In this document: positions 1-13,286 of the stretch, piece by piece
Layout of the letters: each line of letters starts with the position of its first letter
Numbering within the stretch: the first letter of the stretch is position 1
NCBI GenBank assembly: GCA_000320545.1
Contig: ADNK01000514.1
Location: 1-34,688, forward strand
Source: Bigelowiella natans CCMP2755
Taxonomy: Eukaryota; Protista; Cercozoa
Direction of reading: 5' to 3'
Length of the DNA stretch: 34,688 bases
Program-made: the position numbers and the translations under genes
Notes under the pieces: generated by a model
Databases searched by the model: none
The model's input: the letters and a program-made list of their open reading frames with translations, nothing else
Told to the model about the DNA's origin: nothing

Positions 1-7
1 ACATAAG

Positions 8-175
<168 letters not shown>

Positions 176-186
176 ACCATCACTAG

Positions 187-452
187 GCGTGAGTACGTGG
201 CAGGGTTCGTTCGGCCAGCTGAAGGTAAGATATCCGTGCTGTATCGTCACGTTTGCAAGTTACATCCGCAGCCAGGAGTCAGCGGGAAAGCTGTTCGGCC
301 CGCCGGATATGAGAGATTAGCCGGCTTTCATACCTTCTTCATGCGCGTTTTGGAGAAAATGGTAGACGGCACCGCGTGTGATCTCCTGCTTGTTGGCAGC
401 CAGAACAACGTGAGTGAATCACGAATATCATCATACGCGCATTTTCATAGAC

Positions 453-498
<46 letters not shown>

Positions 499-535
499 GA
501 CAGACAGACAGACAGACACACACACACCCACTTAC

Positions 536-578
<43 letters not shown>

Positions 579-3265
579 ACCTAAATGCATGGTATGTACA
601 CTATACGTTCCCGTTTACCCATCAGGCGGTGGTTGCGCACGTTCTTGGGAGCGAGAAGGACCGTTTCTTTACTACCTTAAAAAGTCCCGATACATCAATG
701 AGCCAAAAAATTCTTTCCAGCATTGTTATTCATCGTGTGCCGCTGTCGTACCGCACATCTTCTGAAGAAGCTGTAAGGTCTAATGCGACAACAACATTAG
801 CAACCGCACACGAACGAATCAAAGACCATATTCTTGCCCTTATTCTAGGTATTAATAATTCCTTTTGGCTCCTCCTCCTCCTCCTCCTCCTCCTCCTCCT
901 CCTCTCTCTTTCTCTTCTTCTACATCGCAGGGATCTGATTGCATTGACGATGGCGGGTAGTGTGAAGGAGCTGCAGGTACAAAGTGACGACCCTTTTGCT
1001 GCGCTGCGGCCATTCCCCGGCCTCGTGTTCGAGGATAGACGAATGGATCTTGAAGCCCGCTATGATGCGACGGATGAACGACTCAACGCGAGAAATCTAG
1101 ACCGGGTGAAGAAGATCGAGGTATTAGTAGGATGGTAGTGTTGTTGTGTCAAATATCAATTCCATTCGTGCACTCGTGTATAGATTTGCTGGGAAGGGAT
1201 TTAGAGATCAACCAATAACGCTACTGCTATAACTGCATCTAGGATAAGATTGAGCTGATTCTCAACGTGCTGCACGGGACAACAAAAACGACGACAAGGA
1301 CAACATCAGAAAGCTGCGTACAGACGAGCCTCGATGTAAAACTCGCTAACGCGCAATCACCAATGCGATTCTACTACACAACGACGATGATTAAACCAGA
1401 TTCAAAAGGAGCAGCAGCAGCATCATTAGGGACCTCTTCTTCTTCTTCTTCTTCTACTACTACTACTACTACTTCTACTTCCTCCAAATCACCATCGTGG
1501 AAGTGGCCGTTTGTTGCTACGCCATTCCCCGATTTCAAGACAGCTAATAATAATAGCAAAAAAGAGAAAAAAGGAGAAGACGAGAAAACACAGGCGTACT
1601 ACACCATTCAAGTTACTGAAGAAAGAGAGAAATTGCAGGACAAGGGAGATAAGTTAAGTGAAAGCAGCACCATCAAGACAGCGGAGAAAGACAATCGGAT
1701 GCCAGCAAAATCTTTGTTGAAAACGAATAAAAGAAACGACAAGTACAAGTCTATGTTGTACAAGGCCGACGCGATTAGTGCTGAGTATGACCTCAAAGTG
1801 GCAGCAGCCACCACCGCCAAAGCACCTTTCGATCCCCCCCCCTCTGCATGTGAAATGCTCAAGAGCCTGGCCAGAGTACAGACGAGGTTTCGAAAGAGTC
1901 CTAGCTGGACGATAGGGCGCGAAAATGGCGTTCCTCTCACAATGAAGCCTCATGAGTGAGTAGTCTTGTAGTCAAAGAAGAATACGAAGACGGGAAGGAG
2001 AGAGAGGAAGGGAGAGGGAGAGAGTAACATTATGGCCCCCCGCTGGTAAAATTATGATCCACGCACTGGCACCTCTGCTGCTGCTGCCAGGTACGCATAT
2101 TACCAGGACAATCGGTTCCGAAAAGGCTGGCATAAGCGGCCAGGAATCTACATCGTGGACTGTGATCGTCGATGGGCGAAGCACTTGGAGATAACGGGCG
2201 GAGTGCCACTGCTCAGCGACCCACCCCCCTCTCGGTGGAGCAGCGCCCCACCCTTCTCTGCGTGGAGGCCAAGCTGGCTACCGCTCAACGCTCTGAAACA
2301 TTGTGACCTTAGGGCAAAGGAGATCAAAGAGCAAAAGCAGCGGGTCGGTGCCAACACGTTCAGGGAGGTGACAGAATACGCGTGGATCCTGTTCGGGAAT
2401 CAGGGTTAGAGCACACCTCATTCAACAATTTTCTCTGTCCTCCTCACCCTCCTATACTTTATTTTCCTCGCGGGGCACTGTCGCTCCCTCTCCTCCTCCT
2501 CCTCAGACGATGTACGCAGTAGTAGCCAATGGATATGTACTTGTTTTCACATAATTGCCACAAGGAGGAGTGTAATTACTACTGAACTACTCACTAGGTA
2601 CTGGCTCGACATCGCACTTCGAACCGCACAAAACTGCCGTGTGGGTGAAGCTTCTGGCAGGGGCGAAGCGCTGGCTCATCCTGCCGCCGAGCAAAGTCCA
2701 ACGCAAATGTGGCCAACAAAGCGACAATGACTGTAGCGTTAACGACAGCGAAAACAAGAGCAGAAGCATGCCGAGAAACCTCGAGAAAGAGATGCTCGGG
2801 AAATCGGCGATGGAGGTGATACAGTGGGCTGAGGAACAGAAAGTCCCCTTGATCGATTTTGTGCAACGGCCTGGAGACATTGTATTCATCCCTGCGGAGT
2901 GTATGCATGCGGTGCTCAATCTAGAGGATTCGCTTGCGTACGCAGAGAACTTTATTATTCCAACGGAAACAGCTGTTGGAACGACGACGATGACTGCGGA
3001 ATCATCATCCTCTGAATCCGTGCCTGCAGAGGTTGCCACGTCGTCAGACAACCCTTGCGAGAGAGAGAGAGGATCTGTGAGAGGATTGCGGTCGTCTTTG
3101 TTGGAAGAGACAAAGAGAAAGAAAAGAGAGAAGAGAGAGAGAGATGCCACTCGTCGTTGTCTTTGGGCCACAGCTGCTACAAGGCGATTTCTGCAGTCCC
3201 TGCCCGCGAAGGACCAAGGCATGTTTCAAACGTTGAAAAATATGTTCGTATCTGGCTACGGCTGA
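187..3265 (+). CDS. JmjC-domain 2-oxoglutarate/Fe(II) oxygenase (JMJD6/JMJD4-like C-terminal domain), spliced, 5' end outside window
   Basis: Approximate exons 187-409, 626-848, 931-1120, 1243-1955, 2091-2404, 2598-3265 join in frame across GT-AG introns. The product contains WILFGNQG|TGSTSHFEPHKTAVWVKLLAGAKRWLILPP...FVQRPGDIVFIPAECMHAVLNLEDSLAYAENF, the JmjC HxE...H iron triad with JMJD6-like spacing. Confidence 0.85.
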
Positions 3266-4214
3266 ATGAGTAAATAAGCACGGTATTCTATCTGCCCAGC
3301 GTGGCATCTGCGTGTTAGTAACAAAGACGACACTGGCGTAAATTGCACTGCTACAATGCTTAAGTCTACTAACCTGTCATGACCTGTGTAGTGTTCTGTG
3401 CGCTGCGTACCTGCGGCCGTTCGTCCATCCATTGTGTGCCTGCTATGCTAGAATCTGGACGATGTCTATTGCTAGTACAATTATACAACACTGCGCATAT
3501 ATGAAGCATCCGCCAGTACGTTCGCAATGCTTCACATGCATGATGGACATGTGTATGTATGTAGGCCATACACGTGCTAGCATGCATGTGTCACATATCT
3601 AGATATGCGCCAGCGTAGCATGAGACGGAGTTAATCTAGTAATGACCATCAAACACATTTTCAATTTTTTTATTTTTCATCCTAATGGTGTATCGTAGCT
3701 TTGCAAAAACTGGCTACAGCGCTCGGCTCGAACCACATTTGTTGCATTTAGCAAAGCTAGCGAACATTCCGCAGATATCATGCCTACATTATTTGTAAGC
3801 GTTGTGACGCACCGCATAATTGTTTACGTATGGTCCTGTCGCATTATGCTAGTCTAACTTGATGCAGTAGGGTCGTGACTACGCACATGTTAAAGTAGAC
3901 ATGCTTCTATCCTTCTCGAGAAATAATGAATGTAGTCATGCTATGGTACATGATGACACAGGAGCTAGTTACTGGTGCATGCACAACGCGATGTGAATAA
4001 AGCACGTACTCTATATTCTACATGTGCTACGTCTGTGCGAAGATTTATGTGCTGTGATAAGGCTGTAACCTTGTACATGCACGCATCTCAAAACGATATG
4101 GTCCTTCCCATATTTTATAATATACCAAGCTGTTGGATATGCGATTACATGATCGTTTACTTTGCGCATAATACCCTAGAGTAAGTCGATTGCTGCGCTG
4201 TTACCATCTCAACC

Positions 4215-5454
4215 TCAATCCTTTTTTTTCTCCAAAATCTTGGAATAAATCGTCATTGCCTGTGCCACTATTTATTAGCCGCATTATTTAAAACCACAGC
4301 ACATATAAGTAGGGTTAGCAAAGAGTAGTGGCTCGGAGGGATTTGGGTGATAAAGTATTGTTTGTGAAGAGTAGTATTGTCTGGCTGACATCTCCCTGCT
4401 TTCTTTCCCTTCCTCCTCTACCAACTCTATCATCTACCAGCATCGTCATCGTCATCATCGTCATTATCATCATCATCATCAGTCTCACCCATTGAGCCGG
4501 GATCTGCAGTATTGGAAGGCAACAGCATCGTAGTCCCTTCTTTGGCAAGATTTCCGAATGCTTCCACGTACTGCTCTGCTACGCGCAGGGATATAGCCTA
4601 TTGGAGGGCGATGTATGGCAGGGGAGGGGGGGGGGGGCGAAAGAATAAGGTGCTGGTCACTCATAAATAAGGAAAGGACGATCAAAACGTTGTGAGGATG
4701 TGCATTTCAATCTCCCCGACGAGAACCTTAAACAACAGAACTATGAGCCATGCTGCAGTGAGTGTATTCACATGGTATATCACATCGACTCTCCCAGCAC
4801 CAGGAAACGCTTTGATACATGCGATTTAGCAACAACTGTGATATCAGTTTGTGGGACTGTTATGACCTCCTCCCCGCCATCCTCTTCGATTGCCTCGGCA
4901 AGAAGCCTTACAGCTTTGGAGGTCGCTTCAGCTTTCATTAATATAGCTTTGGCCTCACCCTCGGCCTTGAGCTCCATAGACTGCTTGACGCCTTCCGCTA
5001 TATTTAGATCTGACTGGAGAACCCCTTTACATGTATACAACGACAATCTCATGATATAATCGAAAAGTAGAGACAAATGAGTGAGATCAACGTACTCAGC
5101 CATTGGCTTGTTTTGAGGGAGAAGTAGATACTCATCATCGTTAGTCATCATCGTCGTCGTGTTGGTGTATTCCCCCCCCCCCTCCTTGTTGTTGTTGTTG
5201 TTGTTGTTGATTGACTTTACTGCTGACTCACCCTCAGACTCGGAGATCTGAGCCCTCTTTCTTCTCACAGCTTCGGCCTATTGTTTAACACAACTTATGT
5301 TAACATATGTATGGTGTAGCTACTAGATACTGGCTATTGTTATCCCCACAGGTTGTTGTTGTTGTTGTTGATGATGATGATGATAGTGATGATGCTCTTC
5401 TTAAACATATACATCCATATCTTTCGAATGATGGCTCACAGGACAACAACATCC

Positions 5455-5497
<43 letters not shown>

Positions 5498-5635
5498 ATC
5501 ACTGCCAAACATGCACAAACATACCTGTTGGTCCATGGATTCCCGCACTGTCTCAGGAGGTATGATGTCTCTTATTTCATACCGTAAACATCTAGAGGAG
5601 GAGGAGGAGAAGGAGGAGGAGGAGGAGGAGACGAC

Positions 5636-5673
<38 letters not shown>

Positions 5674-6466
5674 GGGAGAAGGTCGAAAGGGAAGAGGACA
5701 TCATCATTCTACTGCATGCTGCCATAATGCGCAATAGTGGTGGTAGTGGTGGCAAATGAATACGAAAGTGTCTGTATATCTGTGTAATAACTCTACTACT
5801 CCGTACTTAATTCCCCATGCATCCGCTGCTTCGTTGATAGCCTTCACAAGAGATCTAATATTCATTTCATTCACTAAGAATCGTGTGTTGACGTGAGAAG
5901 CAATTAACAACAATTTATGCTTGAGTTATTACGTGTTTAGTGAGTCTCTTTCTTCAAATGTCTTATCCAGGCTCATTTTCCCGATTTCGCTGATTTATGA
6001 TTGAGTAAATGGAATTGACCGCTTCTCGTAAAAAGTGGAAGATTATTGAATTGGGCAAACGCCACCACCAACAACAACCTTCTCATGGTAGTCTGGGCTA
6101 GTTGAGTCACTGCTTGGAGACAATTCTGGACCCCATAGGAAGCCTTTTCCTGTAGCAGCGACGAAGAAGGATGTAAGTCAAGGAAGATAGGCGGCTTATG
6201 TCGATAAAAAAATAATTAGACATGAGACAATGGCGTATCCCGCCGAATGGATTCGTTCATCGTCACCGGATCCTCGATCTTGATGTAGAGAACTCCATCC
6301 ATCGTTATTGTGACGTTATCACGGGTGATGGCACTTTGCCTATCGATGACCAGGGCCTGCTCCTTGAGCGAGTGCACGTATGCGATTTTATCCACAAACG
6401 GGATCATAATATACCAGCCTGGTCAATAGAGCAGTGAGGAAGGAGGAGGTAAGTCAGATCTATGAT

Positions 6467-6500
<34 letters not shown>

Positions 6501-6872
6501 ATTCTTGTGAAAGTATTCCACCTGCTGATAATGTCCTGGTGTACTTTCCGAGCCTCTCGATAACATAAGATTGTTGCTGTGGGACGACCACGAAGCCCTA
6601 AATGGACGAGGCCCCGTAAAATATTACATGATGAGAGGATGAAAACTATAAGGAACGTAGTTGAACTCTAATTTAAAGGCAGCATCATCGCATACGAATC
6701 GTACAAAGTTGGTCGGGGGGACGATGTTCTCGAAGTACGCTCCTCCAAAAGGGGATCTATGCGATGGACTGTAAGCCCTCGCTGGGAGAAGGAAAGGCGT
6801 GTTGGCGAGGGCAGGGAGCACGCGGCGATGTTGGCTCAGAGAAGTAACAAGGGGGCGGGTGAATCTCCGCAT
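4215..6872 (-). CDS. STOML2: Stomatin-like protein 2 (SPFH/Band-7), mitochondrial, multi-exon
   Basis: Arg/Ser-rich leader [17 protein letters not shown]. Spliced segments: [171 protein letters not shown]. Stop at 4215-4217. Confidence 0.93.
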
Positions 6873-7296
6873 GATTGCTGCTCCTTTTCTTGATCACTTC
6901 TACTCTTGCTTTCAGCTCGTTCGTTCGTGCGTTTGTTGTCTTCTTCTTCGTTATCCCAACACGGTCTCCTGTGTTTGTTTCCTTCTTTCTTTCTTTCTTT
7001 CTCTCACAACGAGGAGGAGGATTGGCGTCTGGTTGCGCTGAGAGTAGCCTTTACGAAAGTGCTGCTGTACCAGGGTCACATCATAGCGACAGTAGAATTA
7101 ATATGTCGCACTCTAAAAACCCGATCAAAACACCATCTGCAAGAAATTTAGTTCAAAAGTGTGGTAAAAAGTTTTCCAAAATGGAACATTCGAAACAACA
7201 ACAACAACAACAATCTCAACGAATTACCAGGAGAACGATGCCGACTACGACGGCGAAAGGAGGAGCTTCAAGAAGGGGGGAGGGCACGGATTGCAG

Positions 7297-9783
7297 ATGA
7301 CGTCAACTATTTCTACTGCATCAAAAGTGCTCAAGATACGGCCGCCCGTATCTTCTATGAGCCCACGAGATGAGTATCGTGAGACAAGTGGTGGTGGTGG
7401 AGGCCATGCCCGCTTCTGCTTCTGTTTCTGCTCGCCACTCATCGCGATTGCCTTTGCTGCACTGAGTACCGCGATCATTTTTAATCTACACTTGCACCAA
7501 CGCTTGGGAGAGGTTGAGCAGAGGTTTTCCAAGCGTTTCTTGAAGTCTTATCCTGGGAAGATCTTGAAGACCGACTCCAACCTCATATCATCAGACCAGG
7601 AAAAAGACCATGCAAGACATACTACTGCCTCTGCTTCTGCTTCTCCTGTCTTCCCCGTTCCCGTTTCTCCTCACCCAGACTCTTCAATAGCAGAGAGCAA
7701 GGCTGACGTTTTAGATGTGAGCAAGCCTCAGCAAGCGAAATGTGAAATCAAACACGGAGTGGACTATTTCGGATCCGACATCACAGGCGTGCCTGCGACT
7801 GACATCGGCGAATGCTGCAATCTTTGCCAGCAAAACTCACTGTGTGGAGCGGTAAGGCAAATGCCATGTTTGTTCATTGACATCGTAACAACATTCCAAT
7901 CGATTATGTATGTGCCGATCAGTTCTCCTACGTCATGGCAGACAAATCATGCTGGCTCAAGCGCCCTGAAGCTGTTCTGCACGCATCCGACAAAGCTGGT
8001 GTGGACTCTGGAAGCCTTCCTTCGCGACGACCGCCACCACCAAAGCCTCCACCAAAGAAGCTAGGAGATCCCTCAGTATTAGCAGAATCTGGGAAAATTC
8101 CTGTCGTTGTAATAACTTACAATAGAGGAGAGTACTTGAAGAGGTAAAACGACGAGTAGCACCGAATCTACTTCTACAACCGTCACAGCAGCAATCCCGA
8201 ACAACAACTTAGGATCCTAAGTGCTTTCTCTATATGCTTTCATTGCGTTTGACACGTCGTATCGTAGGACCTTACGTTCAATTATAAACGCTATTCCCGC
8301 TGAGCACGTCTCGGACTTCGACATCATTGTCTCGCAGCAGGGAAACGACCCTGGGGTAAGATGAACAAAAGAGATGATGATGATGATGAAAATGATACAA
8401 AGACTGCGTTGTGTGGCAGGTAACAAACGCCGTGAATGACTTTAAATCCAAGCTGCGGTCCCATTTGCACTTCAAGTACCATGATAATGGAGAGCGGCAG
8501 AAAGGATACGAAGCTTCTAATTGGCTCAACTACTACAAAATGACATCTCACTACGGGTTGTTAGCAGCAACATCCTGATTTATCAATATCTGTAGCTTGT
8601 GATGGTCTCAAACTCCCTCTCCTCACTTTGGCAGATTTGCCTTCCGCTCGGCGTTTGCTCTGGACCCTACATACGATCATTTGATTATCATGGAGGATGA
8701 CTTGGAAGTGGCGCCAGATTTCTTCGAGTAACAGCGATGATATTTTATTCGTGATGATATTTTATTCGTACATATTATTTTCTTCATGCCGTACAAAGTA
8801 CGCTTGCTTGCATATTTCTGGTGGCTTTGATTCGCCTATGCTCCTACCCCTTATAGCTGCTGCTGCTTTTGATATCACCTAATAAACTGGTTCAAAGGAA
8901 CTCTCTACTAACTCCCTTGCTGCTCATTCCTGTTCTCTCTGTCTCCCCCCCCCCCGTTCCTCTTCCTGTGTATTTAATACATTGTGTTTCTTCTTTTCGC
9001 CCTTCCCCCCTCCGCTCCCCCCCTTCACATCTGGCATCCGGCGTAAGGTTCTTCACGATGGCCGCCTATGTTTTGAACCGCGACGATTCGTTGTACTGCG
9101 CCTCTGCATGGAACGACAACGGGATGTCCCAGTTGGTGAAGGAGCTTGATTCTGTGCGGCGGACCGATGTGTTCCCAGGGCTTGGCTGGATGCTGCCACG
9201 TCGAGTATGGGAGGAGATTGAGGGAGACCACACTTGGCCTCTTGCCTTCTGGGACGAGGCAATGCGAGAGCCGCAAATCAGGAAGGGCCGTTCATGCTTG
9301 ATCCCGGAGGTCAATCGTGCTTACACGTTCGGGTCACATGGCAATAGCCAGGCGGGTGGGAACTGGTGGAGGAGATTCCTCGAGCCCATTCGCCTCGCAG
9401 AAAGGCCCATAGCATGGACGGCGAAAGCCGCTTCTCTTTCGGTCGGCGGGAAGGCTGCTTACGATTCCAGACTCTCCAAAGCGATTAGAGATGCGGAGGA
9501 GCACTCCATCGATGAGGCTGTTGCAGCAGATGGATCCGGGGGAGGGGAGGGTACGGTAGACTGGTTGGTCCAGTTCTCAAGTGAAGCTGACTTCGTTAAC
9601 AAAGCTGGGAGGTTTGGGCTTTTGAACGAATATAAGGAAGGCCGACCTCGGGCTTCTTATTGTGGTGTTATCACAATATGGGCTCCTTGCGGCAAGCGGG
9701 TTCTTTTCGCACATCGAAAAACCGTAGTTTGGGCACGTAGCGACGATGGCTCCCAATGCGAAGGTTCACAGAGACTTCCCTAA
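7297..9783 (+). CDS. GT13 family glycosyltransferase (GnT-I/MGAT1-like), type II membrane protein with a PAN/Apple domain in the stem
   Basis: Approximate exons 7297-7851, 7923-8143, 8268-8355, 8420-8556, 8635-8728, 9048-9783. TM segment LIAIAFAALSTAIIF. PAN/Apple pattern CEIKHGVDYFGSDI...CCNLCQQNSLCGA|FSY...CWLK. GT13 motifs IPVVVITYNR, YYKMTSHY, IIMEDDLEVAPDFF, CASAWNDNG, RTDVFPGLGWML, WPLAFWDE, CLIPEVNR. Confidence 0.9.
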
Positions 9784-10418
9784 CGGTTGACCTTGTGAAC
9801 AGTGGCACAGATTCCAGCGACTGGTGCTAAGTTCGTATAGATATGGCGCATGTCTGGACAAGGACAGCATGCAGGAGGAGATCTTTTGTAGAATAAAGAG
9901 GCGTCGTCGTTAGCTCTGCTATGTTCATATATGCTTCTGTTCGATCGTATGCTATGGCCATGCTAGCATACGTCGAGGTGAAAAAGCCACAACACGTCGC
10001 CAATATATGCTATTTGTGTACACCCGTCCAGATGACATTTATAGTAACCGCGAGGCATGCGTGGCGTACCATGCTTTTCTATTTGTCTCAGTCGATCTTA
10101 CTTATTATGCGATCAATGCGGTCACGGAATATTTAGCCGACTTTGCAATTTGCTCTTGAATTCAAATGACTATATACTGCGCACATGTTTGACGCTAGCT
10201 CATGGCTTTCCCTGCAAAGGCTACAAGGCTAGGCCATAGACGCTATTGCCATGTACTGATTGACAGCGCGCTTTAGCTTATTACGCGGTGCCATGTGCGC
10301 GCGAGCAGCAGTGCAGTCATGCCTCTAGCCTCTATATACCACTAGTGTGCGGTTGCAAATGCGTTTAATTATGTAGCACCTGTGGTTGATGTAATGAACC
10401 GAAAAATTGACCAATTGA

Positions 10419-11018
10419 TCATCTTGACGCTGCATAGCAAGCTACGACTGCTGCCCATCTGGCCGGCAATGGCAATGCACAGGCGGCCAATCCTCCACAC
10501 AACATAACCGGACGATACCTCTTCGATCGGAGAAACTTGAGTCTCTTCGAAAATAGGCCCTGATGAAATGTGTCAATAATAAAAATGATGACGAGAAAAG
10601 GCGAGGTACTGTCCAACTTAATCTGAAAAATGGTGTAAAAATTCTTCTTTCAACCACCCCCCTCTCCGTTGCGAAGAAAGGGCACTTCCAAGATTGCATG
10701 CCACTGTTATCATTAGCACCTTTTGGGGTGGTATTCTGTCGTTCAGCAGCCCCTCTTTCAAACAGCGCGCGCGCGCCCTGATAAATGGCATGAAGTCGTG
10801 TTCAATAAAGCAATAAACGATTGCTATGATGATAATGATGATTGATGATGATGATGATGATGATGATGAATAATACCAGAGTGAGTCTCTGAGCGCCTCT
10901 GCCCACAGATCTCTCATCTCTTCGGATGTGAACTGCAGCTCCAGCAGCTCGTTCTGCTTCGACACGATCGACAGGCACAAGTGGTCCCTGCATGATGATG
11001 AAGCGGCGGTCAGGAGAG

Positions 11019-11049
<31 letters not shown>

Positions 11050-11647
11050 TATGGGTGGAGCGCATCCAATTCGATGTGTTGAGAGATGGTAGTTATGCAA
11101 GCAAGCATGTTTGCTGCGTGTGTGCGTGCGTGCGTGTGTGCGTGCGTGCGTGTGTGCGTGGCACGAGTGCCATAGCTCGCCCACTTCTCTCCATTCTCTG
11201 TGCTCTATTGGTGTAGGCATATGGCGGTGTTCGTCGCGTTTCTTTCTTAATTTGTTTGTCGCGTTTCTGTTTTAATTCTCTTCTTATCACCGTCCTGGCG
11301 CCCCCGTCCTCTGGAAGCCATCCGTCTCCTGGCCCTTTAGGATAAACATGATGTTCTCCAAGCGGATGTATTGGAACTTCTTCGACGGTATGAACGTGGG
11401 CTATAAGTAAGGAAGAAAGAACAACGGTAAGAACGATGAGAGGAGAGGCGAGCGTAGTGCGCGTAAACTCGCTCTATTGATTTACCTGTGCGCCCAGCTC
11501 TAAGTTCAACTTCTCTCTGTGTTTCTCGGGACACCAGACCTTTGTGAAGGAGGAGGTTGTTGCGGAAGGAAGGAAGGTGGGTTGATAGTAGTAGTAGTGG
11601 TAGTAGTAGTATCTAGAGTAGCTAGTTGCCTCAATTATTATGATCAT

Positions 11648-11686
<39 letters not shown>

Positions 11687-12798
11687 AATCATCTGGTCTT
11701 CTTTGTCAAAGCCCAGAGCCGCTCAATATAAGTGCATGCTATGCTGTGCTTTTGTTCTGATTTGTGTTAGTCGTCGTCGTCCTTTTATCTTGATGGTCTT
11801 ACAATGGCTTCTCCATCAGGAGTCATCCGCACGTAAGTGGCTTCTGGGCCGTTGCTGTAGAATAGAGCGGACCGCCGCTGCCGGGAGAAACAACAGGACG
11901 TCGAAGCTGCTGATGACCCATTCTCTCCTGTGGGACGACGACACGATGATGATGACTCTATGCGACGAAGATAACAATTACTACAAACATCAAGATAGGT
12001 ATAGTTTACCGTAGGAGTAATGGCCATGGCGCAGAGCTACTATGCCCTCCTCCAGTGTCGCTATTAACTGCCAGGTAATAATAGTATTAACAAATAAGGA
12101 GGCGGTTGAGGAGGAGGAGAAGAAAAGGATGAAGAAAAAGAAAGAAAAGAACGGAAAGATACAATTCAGGTAAATTTATCTATGTGCAGCAAATCGCGAG
12201 TGCAAGGGATTGTTACACATTTGACTTCGATTGCTCATTATCACCGAAGGTATTGTCGTTGTGAAAATGAAAATCAAGCAGATAGTATAATAAATACTAC
12301 AAGCAACGACGACGACGTGGAAGCAAGAAATAACCCTTTATAATACCATCCGGAGGCGCGAAAGCTCTGGTTTATGTGTTTTTGGAGAGAGGAAGAATTT
12401 CTCCAATCTACAATAGACAATAACCAAGAGAATAACGCATCAACACGAAGAATATTGACATCAATTGTTGATATGTTTGAGTTGGGCAGGGGAGGAAAGA
12501 TATCGGATAATTATTGCCGATCTAATGATCCCTACCTTGGGAATGTGAACTTGGAGATTTTCTCGCTGACTTTCGTCTTCAATGAGGTCTCGACGCCCTT
12601 GAAAATGCCAACCACCATCTTGGAACCCCACGTGAGCAAGGCAGACACGAAGACATCCTAGATAGAGGAAGCAGGAGTAGAAGTGGTGCATGCAGCAGCT
12701 GAGAGGATCGTTGATACGCGTATTACTGGCGTCTACGCGAATCACTGGTGATTTCAGGTGATAAACACTTAGCTGATACACACACACACACACACAAA

Positions 12799-12851
<53 letters not shown>

Positions 12852-13286
12852 TAAAATACGCGGAGGAATATATTACCTTGTTTGTCGGCCCTAGGTCTTT
12901 GCCAGCAAGTTCCGGCGGTAACCTAGACCCCGGACCCCTGGGTATTATTTATTCATAAAATGGTTCATCTTCTCCCTTCTTCACGTGATAGATAACTCAT
13001 CATCATCATCATCTAACCTGATCGAAGCTATTGGGGATGAGATGGCGAGCGGAGGAGAGGTAGAAGAGGGCACCAAGATAGTTGCGGCGAGAAGAAGCGA
13101 GAGGAAAAAGAGACCAGCAGCAGCCAAGACTGCTACTACGGTCAGCTGCCTCTTCCGCCAACAACCGGATACCCCGCCACGGCCCGCCCGGTCAAAGAGA
13201 TGAAATGAAGAATCAGCACGCGAATCTACAGGAGAAGCAGTGGCCCACCAGGGCGACGATCGTCCACCGCAGAGGAGTCCGTTCAT
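10419..13286 (-). CDS. PH-domain protein (PLC/PRAF-type PH) with N-terminal hydrophobic anchor or signal, about 10 exons
   Basis: Exons join in frame: hydrophobic VVAVLAAAGLFFLSLLLAATILV, then LIATLEEGIVALRHGHYSYG, YVRMTPDGEAI|VW, YIRLENIMFILKGQETDGFQR, LCLSIVSKQNELLELQFTSEEMRDLWAEALR (the PH C-terminal Trp helix). The last exon and the start are less certain. Confidence 0.7.

Noticed and set aside
339-590. ORFs made of HT/CV/RE/LS or poly-residue runs (also 5300-5759, 11474-12014, 33218-33763)
   Set aside because: They are translations of intronic microsatellites.
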